The notes below the pieces were generated by a model, which saw only the letters and a program-made list of their open reading frames with translations, was not told where the DNA came from and ran no database searches. A program made the position numbers and the translations under genes. A stretch of DNA of 64,000 nt from Raja brachyura (lineage: Eukaryota), in the NCBI GenBank assembly GCA_963514005.1, contig OY740804.1, positions 19,406,001 through 19,470,000 on the forward strand, read 5' to 3'. This document shows positions 1-13,905 of the stretch, piece by piece; position 1 is the stretch's first letter, and every line of letters begins with the position of its first letter.

Positions 1-3000
1 TAACAAAAGGTTTGCTCAATTTTATCAAAATTTATATACATCTAAAACTAACATTGAAGACAATAAAATTATAAATGTTTTAGATAAGTGTAACTTGCCA
101 AAATTGGATATCTTAGAACAAGAGGAATTAGGAGCTCAGATTACAAATAAGAGAAACAATAAAAGAACTGAAAAATGGGAAGACACCAGGGCCTGATAGT
201 TTTAATAATGAATTCAATAAAAGATTTCAGGAGTTAATGGTACCGCGATTACTTAAATTATATAGCTATGCTTTTACTGAAAAGAAATTACCAGAAACTT
301 TAGCAGAATCTACAATAATGCTTATACCAAAAAAGATAAAGATCTAGAAGATCCCGGCTCGTATAGAGCTATATCACTCTTAAATACAGATCAAAACATT
401 TTAGCAAAGGTTTTAGCAAAAAGATTGAGCAAATATATTAATAAATTGATAAACCAGGACCAAACAAGGTTTATACCCAAAAGACAATCATTTAACAATT
501 TGAGACGACTTTTTAATATAATGTATTCACATAAAGGGGAAAAGGAAGACATCAGTTATATCTTTGGACGCAGAGAAAGCATTTGACCATGTAGAGTGGC
601 AGTATTTATACATAGTACTCCAAAAATTTAATATGGGAGATAATTTTATTAGATGGGTAAAATTATTGTATGATAATCCAACAGTAAGAATATTAACTAA
701 TAATATGTTGTCTCCAAAATTCCAATTATCACGAAGCAATAGGCAGGGATGTGTATTATCACATAAAGGATAAGAACACATCCGAATATTCAGGAATACA
801 ATACTAAGGACGCTAATAATAAAATTTCATTATACGCGGATGATATGCTTTTATATATTAGAAATTCAGAAACGAGTATCCCAAATTTATTAAATGTAAT
901 AGAGGAATTTGGCTCCTTTTCTGGATATAGAATAAATTGGAATAAAAGTGAAATTGTGTCATTACAGCCCCAGAAAGCAAATCATCTATTAAAATTTCCT
1001 TTTAAAATTGCAACAGAAAAATTTAAGTATTTAGGTATTCAAGTTATCAGAAGGTATAAATCATTATTTAACACTAATTTTAGTCCTTTGTTAAATAAAT
1101 TGAACGCTTTGATTAAATTTTGGAAAATGCTACCATTATCATTAATTGGCAGAATAAATACTATAAAAATGATAGTGCTACCACAAATAATATATTTATT
1201 TCAATCCATACCAATATATATATACCAAAATATATATATTTTTAAACTAGACTCTAATATTACTAATTTTATATGGGACTACAAAGCACATATAATTAAA
1301 ATAAATCATTTGTGTAAACCTAAAGATGTAGGGGGACTTGCACTGCCTAATTTTTAATGTCATTATTGGGCAGTGCATATTAAGAATATTATTTATTGGT
1401 TGGATTGTCCTTCTTAACAGATGGAATGGATAAGAATGGAGAAAGAGGATTGCTTTCCTTACGATTTAGGAGTGATCCTCTTCTCCCTGATAAAATTGAA
1501 TAATATATTATATACGAAGAATCCAATCATACACAATATAATTCGAATTTGGAAACAAATAAAATTAACTTTAAAATTAAGAAACTTATCATCATTAACA
1601 CCAATAGCCAATAGTAAAACATATAGACAATGGCAAAGATTGGGAATTAAAAAGTTGGGTGACATGTATGAAATGGGAAATGTATTATCATTTCAACAAT
1701 TAAAATCAAAATGCAATCTGAATAATAACCAATACTGTAAATATTTACAGATATGTGACTTTATAAAAAAATATATACCAAGATTTAAGAATATAACGAT
1801 AGATCCACTGGAAGAAGCAATGAATATTAAGGCGGACTCACAAAAATTAATATCATATCTATATAACAGTATTCTTAATAGAGAATTGCCATCAACAGAG
1901 GCAATTAGAGAAGACTGGGCAAAAGATTTAATGATAAAAATTTCTAAAGAAACATGGGAGAGATATTTGATATATATACATAAATGTTCGATTAACACTA
2001 GACATAATTTAATTCAATTTAAAATATTACACAGATTATATTATTCAAAAGTTAGGTTGAATAAATTTTATTCAAATATTTCTCCCATCTGTGATAAATG
2101 CCTTTCTCAAAATGCCAACTTCAAACATTCTTTCATTTCTTGCACAAAACTTCAAAGATTTTGGTGTGATATATTTGATATTTTCACTAGTTTATTTAAG
2201 ATAAAAATGGAACCTAGCATGGAAATGATTATATTTGGACTATTAGGAGATGGAAACAAATTAAATATATCCCAAATCTCATTTATTAATTATGGTTTAA
2301 TAATAGCGAAAAAACTCATACTCAAATTCTGGAAAAAGGCTACTATACCAACACTCAAAATGTGGATTGGTAATATGTTGGAAACGGCCCATTTGGAAGA
2401 AATGAGACTCCTCCTAATAGAAAAAAAATACCAATTCTTAATGAGTTGGTCTCCATTTATTGATCTTGTGGATTCATGGGGTGTAATAACATCTTGGTTC
2501 TTGGTTACTTGGTCCTCCAAAATATTGCAACTGGAATTTAAACTGGAGGTGGTGAAGTGAGGGGTTTAGCCAGAGAGAGTTATTGGGAAGAAAGTGCCAC
2601 TTTAAATTTAGTTGCATCTGGCTGGGCAACCGTGGCTTGGTGGAGATTATTCCATGCTTTAATAGTGCGTGGAAAGAACAAATTGCTGTACACATCTGTC
2701 ATTGAGGCTGGGACCACAAATTGGATCGAATGCCCTCGTCTGCTCCTAATTGGTTTGGGGTTGGTGTAGGTCGTGTGATCTATGTCTAGCTGACCATTTA
2801 ACATTTTGTAAAAACAGGTCAAACGGTGAGCTTCACGTCTGTCTTAGAGAGGGTTCGACCCCAGAAAATTCAGAAGTTTGGTGACACTCGCTTCTCACTC
2901 GTAGGTGTTAGTAACAAATCGAGCGGCCTGTCTTTGGACACGTTCGATGGATGAAATGTTTTTATCTGTGTATGGGTCCCAAGCTGCAACTGCGTAGTCC

Positions 3001-3466
3001 AGATGAGGTCTAACGAGGGTGAAATACAGCTTCTCCTTGACAGAAGCTGGACAATGATGGAAGTTGCGCCTCAGGAAGTTTAGGACACCTGTTGCTTTCA
3101 CTGTTACATGATGAGTCTGACCATTCCAACGTAGATCATTCTGTAATTTGATGCCAATTTTACATACAATTTTACATCGTAAAATAAAAAATTCTGTGTT
3201 TGAGTGAAAAATGATTAAGAACAAAAAAATATATATATATCGACTTGTGGCGTGTGAGAATCTCCTTTCTGCTTCACTTTCTCACTTATCTCTTTCTTTA
3301 CACTACACTCACTAGACTATTCTTTACTCTTCGATACTTCTTTCTTTCTCATTTCTTTCTAAAAAAAAAAGGGAAGTTGTACAAAGAATGTTTTAACAAT
3401 TCTTGGACCTGTAAAAAGGTACCATTAAAATGTAATGCACTTCTAATAAATAATTTTTTTTTAAAA
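1..3466 (+). mobile_element. L1 LINE, ORF2 RT to C-terminus plus 3' UTR, frameshifted
   Basis: GKTPGPD, DAEKAFD, YADD, KYLG, GGLALPN and CDKC..H..C motifs; A/T tail at about 3445-3466 abutting CR1. Confidence 0.95.
2494..3173 (-). mobile_element. 5'-truncated CR1/L2-group LINE inserted in the last codon of L1 ORF2
   Basis: LYFTLVRPHLDYAVAAWDP...IERVQRQAARF and FFPRTIKAWN; (AACCAAG)n-like tail; ACATC on both sides (2489-2493, 3174-3178). Confidence 0.85.
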
Positions 3467-5545
3467 TACCGTGTGCTTTAAGTTTGTATACTAAACTCTT
3501 ATGTGGGACCTTGTCGAAAGCCTTCTGAAAGTCCAGATATAACACAGCCACCAGTTTGCCCTTATCCACTCTACTAGTTACATCCTCGAAAAATTCTATA
3601 AGATTTGTCAGACATGATTTACGTTTCGTAAACCCATGCTGACTTTGTCCAATGATTTCACCACTTTCCAAATGTGCTGCTATCCCATCTTTAATAACTG
3701 CCTCGAGCAGTTTCCCCACTACAGATGTTAGACTAACTGGTCTATAATTCCCCGCTTTCTCTCTCCCTCCTTTTTTTAAAAAGTGGGGTTACATTAGCTA
3801 CCCTCCAATCCTCAGGAACTACTCCAGAATCTAAAGAGGTTTGAAAAATTATCACTAATGCATCCACTATTTCTGTGGCTACTTCCATGAGTACTCTGGG
3901 ATGCAGCCTATCTGGCCCTGGGGATTTATTGGCCTTTAATCCATTCAATTACCCAACACCACTTCCCGGCTAACCTGGATTTCACTCAGTTCCTCCATCT
4001 TATTTGACCCCCGGTCCCCTGCTATTTCCGGCAGATTATTTATGTCTTCCTTAATGAAGACAGAAACAAAGTAGTTATTCAATTGGTCTGCCATGTCCTT
4101 GTTCCCCATGATTAATTCACCTCTTTCTGACTGCAAGGGACCTACATTTGTTTTAACTAATCTTTTTCTCTTCACATATCTATAAAAATTTTGCAGTCAG
4201 TTTTTATGTTCCCTGCCAGTTTTCTTTCATAATCTATTTTCCCTTTCCTAATTAAGCCCTTTGTCCTCCTCTGCTGGACTCTGAATTTCTCCCAGTCCTC
4301 TGCTAGGTTGCTTTTTCTGGCTAATTTGTATGCTTCATCTTTTGTTTTTATACTATTCCTGATTTGCCTTGTTATCCATGGATGCACTACCTTCCCTGAT
4401 TTATTCTTTTGATAAACTGGGATGAACAATTGTTGTAGTTCATCCATGCAGTCTTTAAATGCCTTCCATTGCACATCCACTGTCAACCCTTTAAGAATCA
4501 ATTGCCAGTCTATCTTGGTCAATTCGCATCTCATACCTTCAAAGTTACCTTTGTTCAAGTTCAGAACCCTTGTTTGTGACTTAATTTTGTCACTCTCCAT
4601 CCTAATGAAGAACTCAACCATATTATGGTCACTCTTGCCTAAGGGGCCACACACAACAAGACTGCTAACTAACCCTTCCTCATTACTCAATACCCAGCCT
4701 AGAATAGCCTGCTCTCTCGTTGGTTCCTCTACATGTTGGTTTAGAAAACTATCCCGCATACATTCCAAGAAATCCTCTTCCTCAGCACCCCTGCCAATTT
4801 GATTCACCCAATCTATATGTAGATTGAAGTCACCCATTATAACTGTTTTACCTTTGTTGCACACATTTAATTTCCTGTTTGATGCCATCCCCACCTCCAC
4901 TACTACTGTTAGGTGGCCTGTACACAACTCCCTCTAGCGTTTTCTGCCCCTTAGTGTTTCGCAGCTCTACCCACATCAACTCCAATTCCTCCAAGCTAAT
5001 GTCCTTCCTTTCTATTGCGTTAATCTCCTCTAACCAGCAACGCTACCCCACCTCCTTTACCTTTCAGTCTATCCCTCCTGAATATTGAATATCCCTGGTT
5101 GTTCAGCTCCCAGCCTTGGTCACTCTGGAGCCATGTCTCCGTGATCCCAACTATATCATAGTCATTAATTGCTATCTGCACCTTCAACTCATCCACCTTA
5201 TTACGAATGCTCCTCGCATTGAGACACAAAGCCTTCAGGCTTGTTTTTCCAACACTCTTACTCCTTATACAATTATGTTGAAAAGTGGCCCTTTTTGATT
5301 TTTGCCCTGGATTTATCTGCCTGCCACTTTTACTTTTCACCTTGCAATCAATTGCTTCTACCATCATTTTATATCCTTTATCTCTGCTGACACATTTAAG
5401 AAACCCACCACCTCTTATTCTCTGTTTATTATTTTTTTCTTCTTCCCCCCTACATGTTGGGTCTGATTGCTTCCCTTCTCTGCCTCCCGCCTCAGACACT
5501 GTCTACTAGCTTTCTCTATTTGAGTCCCTCCCCCCAACCTTTCTA
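3467..5545 (-). mobile_element. CR1-type LINE ORF2 (APE endonuclease to start of RT)
   Basis: [47 protein letters not shown]. Confidence 0.95.
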
Positions 5546-8500
5546 GAACAGAATAGACAACTTGATTTAGAAAACGCGAAAGATCCAACTATAGATAAAC
5601 ACAACAAGATAGCAATATTGAAGTTTAAACTAAACTAAATGTTATCTGCAAGAGTTATCAGATTATTTCAAATTACAAAACAGGAAAATTTCGAATTTGG
5701 CGACAAGTCACACAAACTTTGTGCACGTCAGCTGAGAAAAGTTGAAAATGACCAGACTATTCTAAAAATCAAATCAGATAAAGGTGAATTGTTAATGCTT
5801 CCCAAAGACATTAACAAAAGATTTGCCCAATTTTATCAACATTTATGCACCTCCAAGGCATCAACAGAAAGCAGAAAAATTACAAACTTTCTGGACAACT
5901 GTAATCTTCCAACACTTAACCCGCTGTAACAAGAGGAATTAGGAGCACAGATTTCAATCAAAGAAATAGAAGAGACAATCAACTTGCTGAAGAACGGTAA
6001 AACACTTGGACCAGACGGGTTCAGTAACAAATTTTATAAAAGATTTCACGAGGTAATTTCACCACGCTTACACAAGCTTTATACATGTGCATTTAAAGAA
6101 CAGACATTACCACAAACACTAGTTTAATCAACTATCACACGTATACCAAAAAAAATAAAGATTAAGTTGACCCCGGTTCATACAGAGCTGTGGTTCATTT
6201 AGCCCCGCTAAATACAGATCAGAAAATATTAGCAAAAACTTTGGCAAGAAGATTAAGTAAATACGTTAATAAAGTAATACATTCGGATCAAACGGGGTTC
6301 ATACGCAAGAGACATTCTTTTAATAATTTGAGATGCCTTTTTAACATAATATACTCACACAGAATTCAAGAAGAAAACTTATCAATTATTTCATTAGCTG
6401 CAGAAAAAGCATTTGACCAAGTAGTATGGAAATACCTTTACAAAGTACTGCAAAAATTTCAGATGGGAGAGAATTTTATTTAATGGATAAATTACTATAT
6501 GATAGGCTGATGCCAGAATACTGACCAACCACATACTTTCTCCGAAATTTCAACTATCCAGGGGCAATAGACAGGGGTGTGGATTATCACTTCTGTTATT
6601 TGCCCTTGCGATTGAACCCTTAGCGGAAAGTATAAGAGTACATCCGAACATTCACGGCTATAATACTAAACACTGCAATAACAAAATATCATTATATGCA
6701 GATGATGTATTATTATATATCACCAATTCTCAAGTTAGTATTCAGAATTAATGAGGGAATTAATGAGGGACATGAAATGAGATATTACGGATTCCAGCTG
6801 CATGGTTTTGTTTAACCCCTTGGAACCTGCTTGTATTAAAGAGTGGGATATAATGTAATACTTTTGGGTGCATATATATGGTAATGTTCAGAATATATTA
6901 ATGTTAGATAAATTGGAAAGGCATATACATAGAACTGAACATAAGTTGTGTTTTATTTTTGGTTTTATTTTTCCCCTCTTTTTCTGAATTTTTTCTGTTT
7001 TCAATTGCTCTGGTGTATGAAACGGTTCACAGCCTTTTATGAGACTCTGTTAAGGGGATGGAGCTCAATGTATAACAACATCAATGGAAGTCCATAAATC
7101 TTTCTCCACCTTAGGTGGCTTCGCGTTTTTAAGGTATCTTCTCTTAGATACCTTAATATCACTTTTTTTTTTAATTCACTATCAAGATTCTTATTTTTAT
7201 TTTATTTTTTTAACATTAACATTACATCACATTTGTTCTTTTTTTTCTTATTAAGGTATTACATAACCTTAAGAGATGTAATATAAATTGAAAAGTTCGA
7301 GACGTCCACCCAGCACCCAGAGTTCTGAGGTATTTGGTTGCACCATCTGAGTCAAAAACACTAAACTGATATATAATGCAAGACAATAGACAAATAAAGA
7401 ATGGAGGAATCACATTCTGCAGTTGTAATATAAGGGATGCCAATTAACCAATTAAGAGGGGTAAAATTTTTGCCCAATTAAAATCATTAAATTCTGACAT
7501 CATGTATTTGCCGGAATCACACATGGAACAACAAACACAGATGAGGTTGAAGGCAAGCTGGATAGGTCAAACATACTATTCTTCATTTACTTCTAAAGCT
7601 AGAGGTATGGCTATTATTATTCGGAAAGGTATACCATTTAAATTAAAGAATACTATTTTGGATAAAGAGGGAAGGTGTATTATAGTTTCGGGAGAAATTT
7701 ATTCAACTCCACTGACTATGATAAATATTTACGCTCCGAATTTTGATAACCCCCAATTTTTAAAGAAAATTATAGATATGATATCAGAGTTTAATTACCA
7801 AAATGCAATAATACGGGGAGACTTTAATTGCGTTTTAGATCCATATTTCGACAAATCAGTAAAACAAAGGAGGGGTAACTTAAAATCTAAGACTAGTGAA
7901 CTTCTAAATACATATATAAAAACTACTAATATAATAGATTATGGAGAACTGCTAATCCAACTGGAAGGGAATATTCGTTTTACTCATCGGTACATAAAAC
8001 TTATTCACGAATTGATTATTTTTTAGTGGATTCAAAATTAATTCCATACACAACTAATCCTTCATATCACACCAGTATTATTTCCGATCATTCTCCGTTG
8101 ACTTTTCTATTTGAGGGAATGCCGGGTAAAAAATCTTTTTGGAGGTTTAACACACAAATTCTAAATAACCCACAAGGTTATAAATATTTAAAACAACAAA
8201 TGAAAATGTTTTTTGAGACAAATGAAACACCAGGTATTTCACCATATTTACTATGGGAAATTTTCAAGGTATTTATCAGGGGAGTTATAATCTCATATCA
8301 AATTTTTTAAAATAAAAAGAATAAGGCAGAACAACATATGCTAGAACAAGAAATTAGACAATTAGAGTTAGATAATTCCAAAGATCCAACTACAGATAAA
8401 CATAATAAGATAATACTACTGAAATTTAAACTTAATCGAATGTTATCGGCAAGAGTAATAAGATTATTCCAAATCACAAAACAGGAACATTTTGAATTTG

Positions 8501-11500
8501 GTGACAAGCCACATAAACTCTTACCTCGCCAATTGTAAAACAAGAAAATGAAAATACTATCACTAAAATTAAATCAGAGAAAGGTGAATTACTAACATTA
8601 CCTAAGGATATTAACAATAGATTTGCTCAATTTTATCAAAATTTGTATACATCTAAAACTAAAATAGAAGATAGTAAAATTATAATTTTTTTAGATAATT
8701 GTAATCTTCCAATTCTTGACCTTTCGGAACAAGAGGAATTAGGAGCTCAGATTACACTTGAAGAAATAAGTGAAACAATAAAATTGTTGAAAAATGGTAA
8801 GACGCCTGGACCAGATGGTTTTAGTAATGAATTTTATAAAAGATTTCACGAGATAACGGCTCCACGCTTACTTAATTTACATACTCATGCATTTAAAGAA
8901 AATAAATTACCAGAAACATTAGCTGAATGAACTATTACGCTTATACCAAAAAAAATAAAGATTTAGATGAACCGGGCTCATATAGAGCTATATCACTTTT
9001 AAATACAGATCAGAACATTTTAGCAAAGATCTTAGCAAGAATTTTGAGTAAATATATTAGAAAATTGATAATTCCTGATCAAACAGGGTTTATACCCAAA
9101 AGACATTCATTTAATAATTTAAGACGCCTGTTTAATATAATGTATTCACATAAAACGGAGGAAGAACAAAGGATCAATTGGTTCTCTGGACGCAGAGAAA
9201 GCATTTGATCAGGTGGCAGTATTTATATAAAGTATTGCAAAAATTTAATATGGGAGATAATTTTATTGAATGGGTAAAATTACTATATGATAAACCGACG
9301 GCAAGAATATTAACCAATAATATGTGATCTCCAAAATTTCATTTATCGAGGGGCAATAGGCAGGGATGTGCTTTATCACCTCTGCTATTCGCCCTTATGA
9401 TAGAGCCCCTGGCTGAAAGTATAAGAAGTCATCCGAATATTCAGCAATATAATACTAGGGACTCAAATAATAAAAGTTGATTATATGCAGACGATATACT
9501 TTTATATATTACAAACTCACAAACGAGTATACCAAACTTATTAAATTTAATAGAGGAATTCGGTTCTTTTCTGGGTACAGAATAAATTGGAATAAAAATG
9601 AAATCATAACGTTAAAACCTCAAGAATCTACACACCTATTAAAATTCCCATTTAAAATTGCAACAGAAAAATTTAAGTATTTGGGTATTCAAATTACTAG
9701 AAAATACAAAGCATTATTTAATGCTAATTTTATGCCTTTATTAAATAAACTCAACGTGTCGATTAACTTCTGGAAAACACTTCCGTTATCATTAATAGGC
9801 AGAATAAATGCTATAAAAATGATCTTTTTACCACAAATATTATACATATTTCAATCTATACCATTATATATACCAAAAAACATCTTAAAAAAATTAGACT
9901 CTAATATTACCAATTTTATCTGGGAATATAGATCACATTGAATGCAAAGAAAACATTGTGCAAACCAAAAGACATTGGGGGACTTTCACTTCCGAACTTT
10001 TTGTATTATTATTGGGTAGTGCATATTAAGAATATAATTTACTGGTTGGACAGTTCTACCCAAGAGACAGAATGGATAAGAATGGAGAAAGAGGACTGTT
10101 CTCCTTGTAACATAGGAGCGATGCTCTTCTCCCCGATAAAACAGAACAACATAATATATAAGTATAACCCAATTATGCATGATACAATAAGAATTTGGAA
10201 ACAAATAAAATTATCCTTAAAATTAAGAAACCTATCATTGTTAATGCCAATAGTGAATAATCCTTCATTTAAACCATCTCTTATTGATAAAACATATAAT
10301 AAATGGGAAAGAACGGGAATTAAAAGGATCGGTGATATGTATGAAATGGGAAATCTGTTATCATTCCAACAATTACAATTAAAATTTGAACTGAAAAATA
10401 ACCAATATTTTAAATATCTTCAGATCTATGACTTCATGAAGAAATACATACAAAGATATTAAAACATAACTTCAGAGCCATTGGAAGAAGCAATGAACAT
10501 TAAGGCTGACACAGAAATTAATATCATATTTATATAATAGTATTTTAAATGTAGATTTACCATCGACAGAGACACTTAGAGAAGAGTGGGAACGAGAATT
10601 AATGATAAAAATTAAGAAGGAAACATGGAAAAAGTATTTGATATATATATACAAATGTTCGATTAATGTAAGACATAATTTAATTCAATTAAAAATTTTA
10701 TATAGATTATATTACTGAAAAACTAGACTGAATAAATTCTATCAAAAATACTTCCCCCATTTGTGATAAATGTCTATCCCAAAACGCAACTATAACACAC
10801 TCTTTTGTCTTCTGCATAAAACTTTAAAAATTCTGAAGTGGTATTTTTGAAATATTTGCAAAATTATTTAAGATGAAAATGGAACCTAATACTGAAATGA
10901 TTATATTTGGGGTAATGGAATAAACGAAACTCATCTCAAAATTTATTTTTAAATTATGGGTTAATAACGGCAAAAAAACTTATACTTAACTTTTGGAAAA
11001 ATACAACCATACCAATGCTTAAAACATGGATTTCAAACATGTTGGACACTGCACATCTTCGAGGAAATGCGATTCCTCCTAATAGATAAATCAGACCAAT
11101 TTTTAACGAGTTGGTCTCCATTTGTAGATTTATGGAAGCATACGGTACAACAAAACCGTAGAAGCTGACTGTTTCACGAATGGGTGAGGGATGGTCAAGA
11201 ATATAGATAACATCCTCCTTAATCTCTTACTTTCTACTCTTCTTTTCTTTTTTTTTCTCTTTTTCATTCTCATCTTTTTCATTCTCTATCTTTTATTATC
11301 TACTCTCTCTTTTTCTTTTTCATTATTTTAAAAAATTGAAAAATAAGAAGCTGTACATAAAATGTAATATGACAATATATATTCGGCACCTTGGTGCCAT
11401 ATTCCTGTACTTACTTCTACTAAAATTAAAACTAAATTTAAAAAGAAAAAAGGAAAAAAAAAAGTTAGTATTCCAAATATATTCAATCTTATAGAGGAAT

Positions 11501-12635
11501 TCGGTTCCTTCTCAGGATATAGAATAAACTGGAACAAAATTGAAATTATGGCAATAAAACTTCAAGAGCTGACACACCGTTTATAATTCCCTTTCAGAAT
11601 TGCTACAGAAAATTTTAAATATCTGGGTGTCCAAGTAACCAGAAAATATACTTCTTTATTCAATGCAAACTTCCCGCCTTTAGTTACTAAATTAAACGCT
11701 CTTATTCAATTCTGGAAAACACTTCCGATGTCTCTAATAGGCAGAATAAATGCCATAAAAATGATTTTCCTCCCACAAGTTCTCTATTTATTTCAATCAA
11801 TACCGATATACTGACTTAAAAAATTATTTAAAAGTCTTTATTCCCGGATTACAAACTTTATCTGGGATTATAAATCACATAGAATTCATAAACGACATCA
11901 ATGTAAACCCAAAGAAATGGGCGGATTGGCGTTCCCCAATTTCTTATACTACTGTTAGGCAACAAATATTAAAAATGTAATTTACTGGCTGGCTAACGCA
12001 TGCCAACAGGTAGACTGGTTAATAATGGAGAGAGAGGATTGTTCGCCTTTTAATATAGGCGTAATTATTTTCCCCCCAATAAAGTTGAAGAACACAATAT
12101 ATGAGAAAAATCTGATTATTCACATCACTTTACGAATCTGGACACAAGTAAAATCAACTTTTAAACTAAGAAATTTATCTCTTCTTTCTCCAACAGCAAA
12201 TAACCCATCATTTAAGCCATCTATTATAGATAAAACGTTTATTTATTGGGAAAGACTAGGAATTAAAAAGCTTGGAGATCTGTACGAGATGGGAAATCTC
12301 CTGTCATTTCAGAAATTAAAGTCGAAATACAGATTGAACCGGAATTAAACTGATTTACAGACTGGATGATGGGTGGGGAGAGAAATAAAGCAGGTATATC
12401 AACACTTTTTTTTCCCGTTTTTGTCTTTTATTTCTTTAAGTTTTTACTTACTCACTCTGACTACACTCATTTGGTAGCTTAGGGGTTCTATTATTATACA
12501 TTCACTTTCCCGTTCACTTTCTTTCTTTCTTGCTCTTCTCTTTTTCTATTTCATCTTTGCTAAAATTAAAATGCAAGCTGTACAATAAATGTATTATGTC
12601 ATATGCCGTGGTTTATACTTTTGCACACTGCTTCT
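5546..12635 (+). mobile_element. L1 LINE (host copy), 5'-truncated, split by a nested L1, with an internal deletion near 12345
   Basis: ORF2 motifs at 5546-6743 resume at 11462 just after YADD; 12-bp TSD around the insert. Confidence 0.9.
6744..11461 (+). mobile_element. Nested L1 with inter-ORF region, full-length but disrupted ORF2 (about 7376-11162), 3' UTR and poly(A)
   Basis: EN motifs (NIYAPN, GDFN, SDHSP), RT and zinc-knuckle motifs; TSD AAGTTAGTATTC at 6732-6743 and 11462-11473. Confidence 0.95.
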
Positions 12636-12854
12636 AACAGTGCCCAAGAACAGGATCGAACACAGATCTCTGGCGTGTGAGGCAGCAAGTCCACCAGCTG
12701 TGCCACTATATTTGTTTTCCAACACACAAAATGCTATACGTTGATAACTTTGGTTACTAAAAATTTTAAATATCAATGTTCAGTTTTAAATCTCCAAGTG
12801 ACGCTATGTCCCCCTTTACAGCTACTGTATGTTTTAATTAAGTTCAAGACTATG

Positions 12855-13015
12855 GGGCAGCACATTGGCCATAAAGTTGCTGCCTAAAAGTGCCAGAGAC
12901 CCGGAATTGATCCTGAATATGGGTGCTGTCTTTATAGAGTTTGCTCCTTTTCCCTTTGATCACATGGGTTTTCTCCAGGTGCTCTTGTTTCCTTCCACAT
13001 TCCAAAGGTGTGCAG
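12855..13015 (+). mobile_element. tRNA-derived V-SINE (HE1-like); a second head on minus strand at about 12636-12706
   Basis: tRNA-like head followed by V-domain-like GAGTTTGC...GGGTTTTCTCCAGGTGCTC..GTTTCCTTCCACATTCCAAAG. Confidence 0.7.
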
Positions 13016-13219
13016 GAACCTATTTCAGATCGAACACGAAACTTAATATTTTCCTTTTGTCCAGCAATTCTGTCTGACCTGTTGAGTTGATCTTTTTGTG
13101 TCTATCTTCAGTTCAAACCAGCATCTGCAGTTCCTTCCGACACACACGATACTATATGCTAGAACTTTATTAATCCTAGGACGGAAATTGTATGTGCGTG
13201 TGTGTGTGGCTATATATAT

Positions 13220-13222
<3 letters not shown>

Positions 13223-13271
<49 letters not shown>
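13223..13271. repeat. (CA)n microsatellite
   Basis: Directly visible, about 24 units. Confidence 0.98.
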
Positions 13272-13275
<4 letters not shown>

Positions 13276-13514
13276 AAGAGTTATAAATTCATGTATAAAT
13301 ATACACCGTTTTGTCTTCTCGTTTATAATATTGTTTACAGAGTACTATGTTTACATATTATGTTGTGCTGCTGCAAGTAAGGATTGTTCTAACTGGGACC
13401 TGACAGAATAAAACACTCTTGCCTCTTGACTTACTCTGCTAATGTGTGGGATAAAACTAGTGTACGGGTGATCGGTGGTCAGCGTGGATTCAATGGGCCT
13501 ATCCAGAGTTGCTG

Positions 13515-13905
13515 GCTGCTCCATGGAGTTCCCCCACACAATTAAAGCATGGAATAGTCTTCATCCTACCATAGTTACACAACAAGAAGCAACTAAATTT
13601 AAGGTACCACTTTTTTCCCCAAGAACCCTTTTTTGCTTAAGTCCAAGTCAAGAGTCAAGAGAATTTTATTGTCATGTGACCCAGATAGGACAATGAAATT
13701 CTTGCTTGCTGCAGCACAACAGAATATGTACACATAATACAGAACAGGAGATAAAAGTTGATTGTGTTTATATACTATAGACCATATATATACAATAAAT
13801 AAACAGATAAAATGCAATAGGCTGTTATTGTTCAGCCCTCCACCACCTCCAGTTTAAATTCCATTTGTATTACTTATGGAGGACCAGGAAACCACAAGCA
13901 AGAGT
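13515..13905 (+). mobile_element. 3' end of the same LINE family as 2494-3173, interrupted by another LINE tail with (CAAGAGT)n
   Basis: FPHTIKAWNSLHPTIVTQ and ccaccacctccagtttaaattcca match the 2.5-kb copy. Confidence 0.7.

Noticed and set aside
12855-12930. tRNA-like sequence
   Set aside because: Degenerate SINE head followed by a V-domain, not a tRNA gene
13043-13380. ORFs with poly-HT or poly-CV tracts
   Set aside because: Translations of the (CA)n microsatellite
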